The notes under the pieces were generated by a model. That model was not told the origin of the DNA and made no database searches. It saw only the letters and a list, made by a program, of their open reading frames with translations. From contig NC_045697.1 in NCBI RefSeq assembly GCF_009834535.1, positions 15,874,001-15,938,000 of the forward strand: a stretch of DNA of 64,000 nucleotides, read 5' to 3'. Source of the DNA: Camelus ferus (Eukaryota). Both the position numbers and the translations under genes were made by a program. Of the stretch, positions 63,878 through 64,000 are shown in pieces. How positions within the stretch are numbered: position 1 is the stretch's first letter; every line of letters starts with the position of its first letter.

Positions 63878-64000
63878 AAGAGGGGAGAGAACTCTAGGCT
63901 AGCTGAGGTGAGCAGATATGACTCTATGGGCAAGGAAAAATAATATAATATAAAAATAAGGTAATAAAAAAATATATGTAAAAATACAGAAGTAGAAAGC

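Noticed and set aside
1..64000. CRISPR arrays, operons, non-retroviral viral insertions, processed pseudogenes, nested genes
   Set aside because: None recognised by eye. A BLASTX or Rfam search of the repeat-masked intron is needed to exclude diverged cases.

Overview
Mammalian genomic DNA, most likely a camelid (one Vic-1-like tRNA-Ala SINE; no BovB, Bov-A, CHR or PRE1 elements recognised). The window holds the 3' part of GBA3 (cytosolic broad-specificity beta-glucosidase, glycoside hydrolase family 1) on the + strand. Three coding exons (3256-4052, 4782-4905, 58329-58531; exons 3-5 by human numbering) splice in frame with GT-AG boundaries, keep both catalytic glutamates and have no stop or frameshift. 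A 53.4-kb last intron and the flanks consist of old MIR, L2, MaLR and MER5 repeats, younger L1 insertions with target-site duplications (TSDs), microsatellites and a few CpG-richer unique islands. I found no convincing novel multi-gene system. The best leads are two cryptic stop-carrying exons next to UG repeats (TDP-43-type layout), a weak exon-4 donor with a nearby intronic poly(A) signal, an L1 with an internal inversion (+/-/+), and a remodelled aglycone pocket. Repeat family names and human residue comparisons come from memory, not database searches, and repeat boundaries are approximate.
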